Shown piece by piece: positions 15,201 to 27,400 of a stretch of 64,000 nt of DNA (position 1 is its first letter; each line of letters starts with the position of its first letter). Where the stretch lies: assembly GCA_951804945.1 (NCBI GenBank), contig OX638149.1, positions 83,018,001-83,082,000 on the forward strand, given 5' to 3'. Source of the stretch: Podarcis cretensis (taxonomy: Eukaryota). Both the position numbers and the translations under genes were made by a program. Below the pieces are notes generated by a model. That model was not told where the DNA came from, made no database searches, and saw nothing but the letters and a program-made list of their open reading frames with translations.

Positions 15201-18200
15201 TTCCTCTGTTGTTTGCAGAATTAATCTGGACAGTTAGGATCCACCGTTTTGTATGATCCTGTCATAGTCTCAACTGACTATAGAGTTGCAGCCTTGTCAG
15301 CTTTAGCACAGCTGCGTTTTAATGGCCTCCATGTTCTGCCCTAGAAATTGACTGAATTTCAGTGCAGAAAGTCATGTTGTTCCTATGTCCCTTATCTGCA
15401 CGGGGTGTCATGGTGCCTGTGGTCCATTTCTCTGTGGTAGGAAGGTCAGTCATTGTTGCTGAATCATAAGATGAAGCAGAGCTGCTTTTAGCCCTCATCA
15501 AGCTTTTCCCTGTGAAAAACTGCTTAAAGGGGCTTATCTTATCTTCACTAGGAGGTCGCGCTGGTGAATGGCAACGCCTGACAGTAACCATGGCACGTCA
15601 CCATTTTTGACAAGGCCTTCGTAAATGACTTCCACCACTTTGTGATTCCTCGCCCAAAGGGCCTGAGAAATACAAATTTGTTGTTTTTAGTAATTTTATT
15701 TACACTCTGCCTCTCTCTAGCCCCCAAAGTGGCGAACTGTAAAGCAGACAAGCCAGTACGATAAAGAAAAACACATGCACAAGTTAAACGTTTGAAGTTC
15801 TCTTTATTGCACTCTCCTATTTATCACAAAGGAAACCTAAAAGTGGCTTCCGTTCGGTGACCATGAAGTGAATTTTTAATGTAATTCAGACATGTGCTGA
15901 GTTTGAAATATGAATGTTATTAGATTATCCCAAACTTGCTGTCACCAAGTCTCATGTGGTGATGGTATAACAGATTTCTGTGTCCCTAATTATTGTGTGT
16001 CATTGCAATTGTATGATCATGGTTTTTTTCTTTTGAAATGTTTCTCAGCTATATTTGCAATTAATTAATTTTGCCACATTGGGACAAGATCGCAATATGT
16101 TTCAAAATCCATCTTCTCAACATTCTCTCCATGTTTTTTTTAGTTTTTTTTTTTAGTTCTTTTGATTATTGATTTCTTTCAATTATGCTTTAGATTCTCT
16201 ATCTTGAATAAAGGTCTTAATTTTTAAAAAAAATAATGTATCAAATCTCATAACATACTATAGTTGAGCTTATTGTACATTAAAATTCCAAATTAAGATG
16301 ACACAGCTTTTTTTAACCTGGAGTTTTTGAAATAATATATTTTTGCTTTACGCAGACATTGTAAATCTTTGTAAATACTTCCTGTAATGCCCTTCCATAT
16401 TATTGCCATCTTGGTTTGTGTCAAATAAAGTTGACTAAGTACAGTACTTTGGTCAGCATGGCTTGATTATTTCTCTGGGGTCAATAACTCTTCATTGGGA
16501 AGAATAAAGGAGTCATGTTTCCAGATTTAGGAAGCTTTCTGACTTTGAGGCCAAGCAACCGGCCTGGTGGAGCAATGGTGGATAATATTGATTGCCTTCC
16601 AGTACTTGGGTATTGTCCCCTTGTTTTTCTAACGTTGCATTTATTAAGAATGTCGATTTCTTAATTGTAGCCAGAAGTATTCATGACAACTGAATCTAGT
16701 TTAATTCATTAGTCAGGATCTGCTGATGTATCTAAAACTATATTGCTCTCACAAGGACCATAAGTTTTCTTCCATTCCACAGATAGTTGCTTATTTTATG
16801 TAGAAGGAGATGCAGTTTGTATTACAGATTAAGGTTCAGAGACTTCTCTACATCTACATTTTGTATTCTATGAGAATGGAAATGTTGATTATTTTCTGGA
16901 TGTAGTGGAAAACACTCAGTTTGCAGTAGGTGTTCAGGAAGTAGTTCAGTGACTTAAAAGTAGCAATATGTATATAAGCCTGTTGATATTTGCCTTTATA
17001 TAAAGCAACGTATACGCATATATTGCAAGGTAGTTGATATTGGCATATTAGGTTTTAATATTTCACTTTATTGAAGAATTCTACTAAAATAACCAAATGT
17101 TCTGCTGAGTGTATTCACTAAGCAGTAGGTTCCTGAGGTCATTATTTCAGGGGACAGGGGGAGGAGTGGGAGTTAGGCATATCTCCCAAAATTATGGGTC
17201 TTGAGGATTCTGTATAATTGTGTAGTGTTAGAATGTTCAGTTTTCCACTCATTAGAATACTTATAATGGGAAAGGAGTAGGGATAACACTATAGCCAATT
17301 AGTGATTTTACTGAAGACCATTCTTGCATAATCCAGTGCTTGTATAGTGTTAGCCAGAATTTCAGACACATTTTACATAATTAGTTAAGAGAATTAGCTC
17401 AGTGAGAAGGCCATTCATGTACAGTTTTGTGGCTGTTGCCTGCAGTTTTCAGAGGGTAGAACAATTGCTTTGTCTGCAGAAGTTTCCATATTTAATCCCT
17501 GGCATCGCCATGTAGGATTGGAAAGAGTCTTCTCTGAAGTCCCAGAGAGCTACTGCCAATCAGTGTAGACTATACTGAACAAGATGTGTCGATCACAGAA
17601 TCAGAATTGTAAATGTTCTGACTTGGATTAAGTCAACTTCCAAGTTCCTAGTCATCAAATGATAACCCATTTGTGGTGTTACGTTTGCACATTGGGCTTC
17701 CATTAACACATTGAACTCTGCTCATGCAGCATTGGATACAACACCGTCTATTTTAGTTGTCACTGTACTAAAGTGTGGGTTAGTCAAATATTCTCCTTAT
17801 ATTCAGCATGGTTTGATTATTTTTTATGCTGTCTGTCACATTTTCGTTCTTTTCTCTTGAAGCTTCCTGATTTTGCTTTTCCTTAAATGAGAAAGTTCAA
17901 TACATTTGTCTCTGATAGTATGTGATGTTCTAATTAGTTACATTAAAAATGAATATTTTAATATATCTTTCTATATAATATAACATACTGACTATGGCTG
18001 AGATGTAAACAACACAGACACCAGTTCAGATTTCACCTTGGCTATAAGCTCAGTAACTAGGTAATATTAGGTAAGCCACACTTTTTCAGCCTAAACACCT
18101 ATCTAGAATCTTTGCGATAAAGATCTGTCAAGTAGGTTTATTAGCAAGTTTACTGTGCTAATACATAAAGCATTTTGAACACACTATAAGCACTATATGA

Positions 18201-20290
18201 ATGATAAGTATTACTTGAATGCTCAGGCAAAATTTATTTCACTGAAAGTGAACAATGTAAAATACACTCAATACATTCTAAGACCATAAATGAAATGTTC
18301 TCAGTTCAGTTTGGACACACTGCTATTGTAAATTGTAGTTAAAGTTAAGCATTGATTTAGCATGTTATGCTGCCTGTCCATCTGACTCATAATCAGTGCA
18401 TGATACAACTATCTCTGTCAACTCAGCACACAACACTTAAGAGAGCTCTTACAGGTCTCTTGGCCAAGACTGGGAATGCCCAGTTCCAGAGCAGGAAGGT
18501 ATCTCTCTAGATACCTCAACATTTGCCCAAATCAACCCAAAAATCTGTGTGCACATACCAATGAAACCTACCTTTTCTCACATGTATGAGATAAGAGTTC
18601 TGATATTTGGGCAAGGTGTTATTGCAATTCAGAGGCATGATGGTTGACATGGGTGTACTTACTGGAAAGCGGGGAGAGGGTTATTTTGTCAGAAAACTGA
18701 CCTACCCAACTGCTACAGTGTTGAGCGCTTTTCCTCTTCTGTGATGTCTGACAGGGGTGCCTCCGAGGGCTCATTCAAGGGATTCCTCCGACTTGATAGA
18801 TGGCCGAGCCACTCCGACAGAGAATGCTGTGCCGCCGCCACGCATTGAGAAGCCTCCTGTGTTGCCTTTCTTCAACCGCCCTCCTTCTGCGCTTCCTCTC
18901 ATGGGGCTGCCACCTCCACCCATACCACCCCCTCCTCTTTCCTCAAGCTTTGGGGTTCCCCCTCCCCCTCCAGGAATCCACTACCAACACCTCATGCCCC
19001 CTCCCCCTCGACTTCCTCCACACCTCACTGTGCCACCTCCTGGGGCCGTGCCACCTGCGCTGCACCTCAACCCAGCCTTCTTCCCCCCACCCAATGCAGC
19101 AATGGGGCCCCCGCCAGACACCTATAACAAGACCTCTGCAGCATACAACCACAGCAGGTGAGAGCAAGCCCATTCCCGGGAATCTGAGAAGAAAAAAAAA
19201 ATCAAAACTAAGCAGTGCAAAGAACAGTAGCTAAGCCTCTTGTTTAGCAAGGCTGCAGACCTAATTCTCCAAGGGCTTAGTTATTTTATGCAAAGAGTGA
19301 TGGATCGACTAGACATGAAACCACTTCTCGTTGGTGGTAGAAAATGTCTCGTATAGCTCTAGAGCACGACAGCTGACAACTTGGTTCTTAAAGGATGCTA
19401 CTTAATGTCTGCTTTGGGGGGGGGCAGTACCTGGTCAACCACACATTGCTGTTTTGAAAGGCCTTGAATTGCCATGTCTATGAATAAGGAACTGTGTCAT
19501 AGTTCTGCTTGAAGCTGTTTATCCTCTGTGTGTGATGGGTATGTGTTTGTGTACTACAGTCGGGAACTGGGCCCATTGCCACCTCCTGTCAGTGAAGCTG
19601 AATTTGAAGATATCATGAACAGGAATCGAGCAATTTCCAGCAGTGCCATTTCCAAAGCTGTGTCTGGTGCCAGTGCAGGTAACCAGAGCTGGCTTTTGCT
19701 ACCTCTTGCCATTTCTCACTCCTGGTCTCATTCTTACCATGCCGCCTTTGCTCTGTTATATTGCAGGAGACTACAGTGATGCCATTGAGACCCTGCTCAC
19801 AGCCATCGCTGTGATTAAACAGTCACGTGTCGCAAATGATGAGCGGTGTAGTCTCCTTATCTCTTCACTCAAGGATTGTCTTCATGGCATTGAAGCCAAG
19901 TCTTACAGCATGGGCACCAGCAGCAGCTCCTCCAGGTGAGCTTCAGGCACAGTTATTGCCAAGTCATCCAGCTACTGTCACTCATGTTGCTGATGAGCAA
20001 GTCTCAGTTGTGCTCTGGTCCCCTTCCTGGGCTTTGTACAGCCAGGTAGGAATAAGTGCTTTTGGTAGGGGAAAGGGTCTTGTTACAGCTTGCCAGTAAC
20101 TGATACCTCATTTTTTTCCAGAAAACGGCACCGGTCTCGGGATAGATCACCCAGTCGGTCTCGTGAGAGCAGCAGGAGGCACCGAGACGTCGTCCATAAT
20201 GAAGATCGGCATGAAGACTATTTCCAGGAAAGAAGCCGGGAGCATGAGCGACATAGAGACAGGGACAGAGAAAGAGACCGACATCACTGA
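2991..20290 (+). CDS. CPSF7: Cleavage and polyadenylation specificity factor 7 (CFIm59), 460 aa
   Basis: Coding exons 2991-3044, 12029-12247, 13160-13263, 14517-14662, 18755-19157, 19560-19678, 19767-19935, 20122-20290 total 1383 nt, in frame. Starts [18 protein letters not shown]; contains an RRM ([14 protein letters not shown]...NGQSKGYAEV), a Pro-rich region and an RS/RD/RE tail. Non-coding exon 1 ends at 2551 and exon 2 starts at 2934. Confidence 0.97.
4660..4840 (+). mobile_element. Old tRNA-derived SINE (Squam3-like)
   Basis: CAGTGGCAGAGCA...CCCTGGAGA...TGCCAGTCAGT...GGTCTGACT; related to copies at 7310 and 17430. Confidence 0.55.
6152..6430. mobile_element. PIF/Harbinger-like MITE
   Basis: TIRs GGTCACATTCA...TGAATGTGACC flanked by TTA on both sides; a related decayed fragment near 49040-49210. 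Confidence 0.65.
7310..7497 (-). mobile_element. Old tRNA-derived SINE (Squam3-like)
   Basis: GGAACATGGGAAGCTGCCTTATACTAAATCAGACCATT... is the reverse complement of the same family. Confidence 0.6.
16360..16429 (+). promoter_or_regulatory. Candidate intronic poly(A) site in CPSF7 intron 5 (three TGTA plus AATAAA)
   Basis: TGTA at 16360, 16370 and 16383; AATAAA at 16424-16429; flanking AATAAA near 16207 and 16503. Confidence 0.5.
17430..17651 (+). mobile_element. Old tRNA-derived SINE (Squam3-like)
   Basis: GGTAGAACAATTGCTTTG...TAATCCCTGGCATC...TGCCAATCAGTGTAGAC. Confidence 0.55.
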
Positions 20291-20699
20291 GAGAAGTGAG
20301 AGATGTTTCTAGGGTGCTTTACCTTTCCCATCCCCTCCACCCCTACCCAGTATATTTTCCTTTCCGAAAAGAGCACCCTGCTCTTCAAGTTGAGTATCAT
20401 CCCTCTTGTAGATGCTGGCTAGGTAAGGTTGATTTCCCTTATGCTCTGGAAGACTTTCCATGGCATAATCTCACACTTCTCTCCAGTGAGTGGACTGGTC
20501 ATGCATGGATCTTAAGCTACCAGGGCAAATACATATTGTCTTGTGTTCTCCATGCAGTATGTTCTGCTAGGTAAGATTTTCCAAAAATAAGGGAGTTGTC
20601 TGCTCCCTGATTGACTTGCCCTTTGAGTACTGATCGGCAAGCGATCAGGAGGGAGATCAGGGACGCTAGCAATAAAGGAGGCTGCCTGGGATGGGGGAG

Positions 20700-21038
20700 G
20701 TAAAAGCCCATGGATCCTCAGGATTTTTGCATTGGGTCACCCAAAATTCACCATCAGATCACATAGCATGTCCATGGCTACAGCCTGCACCAAAAAAATC
20801 ATGCACCCACTGTTTCGTTGGGGCCGCAGTAACGCAAAAACGTGGTTACAAAGCATGGATCCACATGGATTCTCAGGATTTTTGCATTGGGCTACCCCAA
20901 ACTCACCATCAAATCACATGTTTGTGGCCACAGCATGAACCACAAAAATCATACATCCACTGTTTCATTCAGAATATTTTTTTTCTTGTTTTTCTCCTCT
21001 AAAAACTAGGTGCGTCTTACGAAGCGGAAACTACGGTA
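20700..21038. mobile_element. DNA transposon remnant with an internal tandem duplication
   Basis: Two diverged copies of CATGGATYCTCAGGATTTTTGCATTGGG...CCACTGTTTC near 20710 and 20863. Ends GGTGCGTCTTA...TACGG|TA, resembling a mariner-class terminus. Confidence 0.5.
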
Positions 21039-21521
21039 TTTCTGTAGGTTAGAATCAGATGCTTGGTAAATGTGTCAAGGGCCCAGTCTATATATTGCAA
21101 TAAGTCATGGTTACTGTGAACTAGTAGCATGCTAATGCAAACTGCTCAGTAGCTGCCAGTTTGCTGCTGCCCTGCCATGAAGGACCTGGAATAAAAAGTG
21201 GAGTAGAAACTACAAAAATAAGTAGAACATAGCCTTGCAATCTCACCACCCTCTTTGCTTTATGAATGTGACTAGCACCTAAGGTGGTGATGAGTCTGAC
21301 TTGAGAGTATGTTTGATTCAGTGGGTAAAGTGCTGAGTCTAATCCAGTTCAACCATGAGCTAAGACAAGCCTGTAGCTTTGGTTCCCTATTGCATGTGGA
21401 AATAACTGTGACTTCCCCATGGAGTTACAGTCCAGGGTTAATGGGCAAAATTCTCAACAAACCTCTTTGAAAGTGCTATAGAACTTACCAGCATTTCCAA
21501 TTTTGTTTTGTCTCTTTCTAG

Positions 21522-23730
21522 GAGCGTGGGAAGCATTCAGTGTTTTTATGGACTCTTATCTCCTCTCCTTAATCAAGACTAAAATATGGAGACTTCTCCA
21601 CCCCCTCCTTCCCATTGCCCTCTGCTCTTTCCGAACCCCTTGGAAGGGACTTTGCCTGCAGAACTCCATCTGGCACACCATGGTATTGGGACCTGAGCTC
21701 TGCCTGTGTGCTGTCGCTGCTGCTTGATGGAGAAGCACTGAATGACTTGGAGGGTGGGAGGGGTTGGTTGTCTGAGCCACCGTGACCAGGGGGCCACTTC
21801 AATCCATGGATTCTTGGACCCAAAGAGAATGGTGCTTTCCACAGAGGTCTCTCGCCTCTTTCCTTTCCGTGGCTTTTTTAGGAGCACTGGGGAAGGAGCC
21901 CATCCAGCTCGTCTCCTGCGAGAAAAACTGGTGCTTCAGCACAGTATGAGATGTCTGACCCTATTCTCCCCGGAACTCGTGTCCACGGTCCACACTGCAT
22001 TGTTTTCTTAGGCATCGAGGCATCCATTCCTCCTTAAATCTGATCCTTTTTCCAAAGCAGCTTCAGTCTTGCCCTCCAGCACCGTTGTACACAGCTTAGA
22101 AAACAGTATTTCCCTGCTAGGATGGAAGGCAGGCTGGCTGCTTCTTCGGGTCACCCCTCTTCTCCCTTCCTCCTTTAGTTGCGGGAAAATGTCACCTCCT
22201 TTCTACCTGGCTTCTTCTAGAGGGGCCTGCGTTGGTCAGCCGGCTCGCAACGTTGAATCTCCCTTAAAAAATAGATCTGGCTACTGCAGGTCCGCTTTCC
22301 ACTGATTTGCTAACCATTTTCCTCGCTTAGTTTCATGCAATAGCTGCTCCAGTTGTAACTTCTGATGTAAACCTTTGTTTCTGGGGCCAGCCCCTCCCAG
22401 ATTGCCGCCTTCCTTGTTGTAGAGGAAGTGTTGTGAACGGAGACCATAGAATGGAACAGGGCAAAGTCAAGCTGGGGCTACCTGGAAGTTACCGAATGCA
22501 GCACACCCTAAGCATTTTTAAAATTCTATGTGATGTACTTGTTGAACGTGTTGATTTAAGGTCCAGAGCTTTCCTTGGCCCCTGCCTCCTTTTAAAAGGA
22601 GTTCCTTTTTGGAGTGGTTCACTCATGAGTTTGCTTCAGATAGCACCATACCTCACTGATCTCTGGCATGCCAGTCTAGGGAGACGATTAGAGACAGTGG
22701 GAGGTGTCTCTTCACACCATCATATTTAGCTGTGTTATGTAATCGTAAGTAGGGTTTCTGGAGCCACTCTAGTCACCAGGCAGCCCTTTGAGACCAGTTG
22801 CAGTAAAAACCTGCTTGTTCGGAGCATTATGGGACAAAAGCACCTGCAGAGCTCTCACCTTTGAGTTGCAACCCTTCGGGTGTTCATTTTCAGCTTTCAT
22901 TGCTCCATCCTAGCCTGAGCACCCAGTTACTTAAAATTAAGGTAACACGTTACACCCTGGAATATGCAGTCTCCAGCAACTGGGTCTCGGTAGTGAGGCC
23001 AAGCATCTGTTGTGTTCACGAACACTTAATGTGATTGTTCAGCTGCATGGTGAAGCCTCCCTTGTAGAAGGACCCTGTTTTGTCTCACAGAACAATGTTG
23101 TGGCCCAAGGCGGAGGGGGTGGTGTCTGGCAAAGGATGTTCTTGTGTGATGTGGCACCTCCTTTTGTACTGTTGATCACAGAGGTGCTCAGCTCTAAATG
23201 TGGTTTTTTAAAAAAATAAAACGGGGAAAGTTGTGTAAGCAATGGAGCGACAACTTAAAATGTAAAATATATTAAAAATTGATGATTGGAAAAGTTGCTT
23301 TTTACATAATGGACATTTTTAGTTTGTTTTGAAATAATGGAAGTAAGAAAAGAAAGAAATGAAATAACAGAAACATAGCCTTGGTTCCTCTCAACTCACC
23401 CCCCCCCCCCCGTTCTTCGTGATTTGATTTGTTTGTCTTTTTCTGATAGGTTGGAAATTGTGTAATAAACTTGATGATATTGTCAATCTTTTATACTGCA
23501 TTGTATGGCTTCTTTTCATTTTGTAACTATTTTGAATGCTGGGTGAGCTGTTTTCTAGAATCTCCACTAAATATGAGCAGGGGGCAGGGAGGATGGAAAA
23601 GAAGATGGATAGATAAGACAGGTGCCATATTTTGGCTGGGTAGTAGCCCTTGTACAACCATGGTGTTATGTACTGCTAAACTAGTTCCAAAACCACTTTA
23701 TGTACACATATTAAAATGATTTTTTTAAAA
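21522..23730 (+). other. CPSF7: CPSF7 terminal non-coding exon (3' UTR) with several poly(A) signals
   Basis: Donor at 20296, 5 nt after the stop; acceptor tctctttctag at 21521. AATAAA at 23215 and 23464; ATTAAA at 23271 and 23710. The 3' end is approximate. Confidence 0.7.
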
Positions 23731-24324
23731 GCTTCTATCTCTCAGTCATCTCCATTTAAAGGGGAGTGTCTGGTAGCAAGCCAAGGAAAGATTTGAGACC
23801 CTTGAGAATTTCTGCCAGTGTGAAATCAGTACACTGAATGAAGATTCGATGTTCAGCATCATTTTAAGTTGCTTCTTTAAAAAATATTTGCTCTGGAAAA
23901 CATGAACAGAAATCACAGGTTTCATAAAAAGGGATAAGCATTATGCTGAACAGAGATGGGGAAATGAAGCCACGATGGAAACAGATGAAACTCAAACACT
24001 TTGAAAGGGGATTGTGCCTTTCATGTGAAATTGAATATTACAGGCAAGGATGCAAGGAAATATAATAGCATATAAGGGCTTTCTGTCTATGGCAGGAAAA
24101 GGTTCAGTTACAAGAATATTGTCCTGATTGCTAGTGGTATTCAGTGAAATGTTTCTGGGGATCATAGGCTTGCACAGATGGTTTGTGTTTCACCTTCCTG
24201 AAGGTTTGTCATACAAGGGCATTTGCCTGTGACTGGCGGGTGAGGTGGTAGTACTTTCAGAATGCAGCTTGAGTGGTGAACAGCCTGTGGGAGGGGCTTA
24301 ATGCTGAGTGGGTGGGTTTACCTG

Positions 24325-24337
24325 GTTGCTAGGTGAT
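24325..24337 (+). promoter_or_regulatory. RFX X-box-like element upstream of the fascin-like ATG
   Basis: GTTGCTAGGTGAT about 95 bp before the ATG: a strong GTTGCT half-site and a degenerate second half. Confidence 0.4.
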
Positions 24338-24430
24338 GATTGTGATCTAAAGGGCCAGGATTAATCTCAAGTGAGCCCAGATAACTGGTCTGATGAATGG
24401 GTACCATTCAAGTCTCTTGTTATTCTCACC

Positions 24431-27400
24431 ATGACATACTCACTAGAATTTGGCCTTGTTAATGCGGCCAACCGGTACCTGACTGCTGAACCTTTCCGTT
24501 TCCAGGTGGCAGCCACAGGCAAGCAACTGAAGCCTCGCCAGTTGTGGGTACTGCAGTTTGTGAGCCCACAGGGAGCTGGGGCAGCTGGCCCAGGAGAAGG
24601 GGCTGGCCAAAAGCTTCACCTGATCAGTGCACTGAAACGCTACTTGGCGGCTGACGCAAATGGAAAAGTCACCTGTGACCAGGACAAACCAGGGCCTCAG
24701 ACCTTCTTTCTCTTGCATCAATATCCAGATGGCAAGGTGCTGTCTCTCACCCAAGCACAAGCATCCTATCTCTCAAGTGTAGCTTATGTCCAATATTATC
24801 GGGCTGGAATTCTGGACAAAGAGGGTTGGGTGTGGTTGGGTGGGTGAGACAGAGGGCAGAAGGTAGGAAAACAATGCTTAAAGTTGCCTCAATAGGGCCT
24901 CAAAACTATTCCGCTATTGCCCAAATGTGGGCCTCTTGTTTTGCTTACAAATGTTTTTTACAATTAAGAGGAAGAAATGAGGGCAGGATTGTGCTCGATT
25001 TGCAGACTAGTTTGCTGTGGTGAGAAGCAGGGCCTTTTCTTAGTGTGCAAGTTTTTAGATTCTTACGGGTAAGTCCAGGCAGCAGATTCCTGTAAAGTGC
25101 ATCAGGAAGAGTGTAAAATGTCCCTGGACTTCCCCCACCCCACCCCCATGGTCTCCTTGGGAAGCCAGTCACATGAGCCAAAGCTCTTTGCCCCTGTCGG
25201 CCAAACAGTATGATAGTCAGCCACTATGGGCTGAAGGGGAGAGAATGTGTCTGAATAGCTTATTTGAGTCCCTGTGCCTGGTGTATCCTTCAAGGTGCCC
25301 TAGCCACTTCCCATCCACAACTGGAAACAACTGTTGCACAATGGAACTTAGGTGATCATGGCAACTCCATAAGCCAAAAGGTGTAACATAATTGGTGTGA
25401 TGATACCTGAATTTTATTCTGCCGTGTTCTTTGCTCATTGAGAGTGTTCCTGCTTTTCTTGTCTTGGGCAATGTAGCTGACCAGACATCCTTCCCTCCCT
25501 GCAGGTGTCCTTGCAAAATGAACAGTCCAAGCGCTACCTGGGTGGAGCAGAGGAGAACGTCACTTGCTTTGCCCAGGCTGCCACCGAAACTGAAAAATGG
25601 ACCCTCCACCTGGCTGTGCACCCCAATGTTGCCATGTACAACCCCAACAGGAAGCGTTATGTGCGGTGTGATGATAAAACTGGGGTGCTGCGCTGTGACC
25701 GTGACATGCCCTGGGGAGCTGAATCAGTCATCACTATCTACTATGATTTCAGAGGTGGGTGGTGGCATTTTCCTATTTTGTTTTCAATTGATATGTGCAT
25801 TTTTCTCTCTAATACTGTAACACACATCTCCCCCCCCCTTTGTTGGGGGAGCGTGTTAAAGAAGCAAAACATTCTGCTATAGGGTTACACACACACACTT
25901 ACAGTAATTCCTGTTGCAGATGAGGACTTATAGCTACTATACTAACAAGAAAGTTGCTTCTTCTGAACTAAGGATTGTTTAAAGTTTTCTGTTATCCTCT
26001 CCAACTATGGAGCAGACACCTGGGGTAAGTCTGAACACCTGGAAAGACTTGAGAAATTTGAGAGATGGAGGAAGTCTGTACCGGTCACAGGCTTTCTCCT
26101 CCCACAGTGAGAAAGTTGCTACTTTATTCTACAGATGTTTGTCTGCTTGTGATTTTACCTGTACATGAGGATTTCTAAGTGCTACAGGTGGGTGGGGTGG
26201 CCTGGGAAGGCAGTAAGTGCTTCTAAGTGGAAGGTCTTAATTCAAAAAGTTTGAGTGACACTGCCTTATTTACACATCTCTATCCAAAAGCCACCCAAGC
26301 ACCTTCTAAGATAGTCCTCTGTTATTGATGTGTGAAAAAGTTCAGTTTGAGTCATTTGCATCTCCTCCAATAGGTCTGGAGTCCAATGGTGAGAGAAGGC
26401 AATTTTCCCCATACATACCAGGTGAATTCAAATTCTGTTTACCCAAGAAGTCACTGTGGCTGGCAGGAATTTTGGTTTCCTTAACATCATTAATTAGCTT
26501 GGGTAATTCTTAGAACTACTAATTGCCCTATGCAAGACTTTCTGGTAAGTTAGACACCAGTGCAAACTTTCCAAATAAGACAAGAAAGGGAATTGTCTGT
26601 ACAGAGAAGTTTCCAAGTGCAAATCCTCTTTCCTGACCGTATTGATGTTGGAGGTTCCCCACTCTCTCACACACACTTTTAAGTGAAATTGCACACTAGG
26701 CTAAAGAATCTAATACAACCAGTTTTTAAAACACATGTAGTGTGGATAAAGGTGTGTATTAGTGCAGATGAGAACATTATTTCAATCCCAATCTTAGCCT
26801 GCCTGTGCCCATGGCACATCTCACTATACCTGGGTTGGGGCAATGGCCTCTAACTTTATCAAGCACACACGTAAACCCCCAAAGTAACTATGCAAGAAAA
26901 ATAGGGTGTAATCTACGAGGAAACAAATGCAGTGTCAGCACCACCAACGCTGTACAAAGCTGAGACCCAATGAACGTCAACTTGCCTATCAGAACAAAGC
27001 ACAGGGGGCTGTTTACACACATGTACAAATGATATATGAGATTCTGGGCAAGGGAAATACAATGGGAAATGTTAAGGGCGAACAGGACTAGGGTACTCTA
27101 AAGGGTTGGTGTTTGGAACTGCAGGCAGGGTGGGCCTGTGTGGCAATTCTGCAGTGAAACAAGCATCAACTCTGATGCTACTTTGTAAGACAACTGATTT
27201 GGAGATTGTTTTCCAGGACTAAACATCAAGCTGCTGTCAACCTCTCATTTCTCTCGCCTTTGTCTCCAGCAAAGAAGTATGGATTGAGGAATGGGGCTGG
27301 CAAACTGTTGGCTTCCAATGGCTCACTGGTGCCAGATGTTACCCCACAAACGTTGTACTCCCTGGAGGTGCATGGCGGCTTGGTCGCTCTGCGGGATGAG

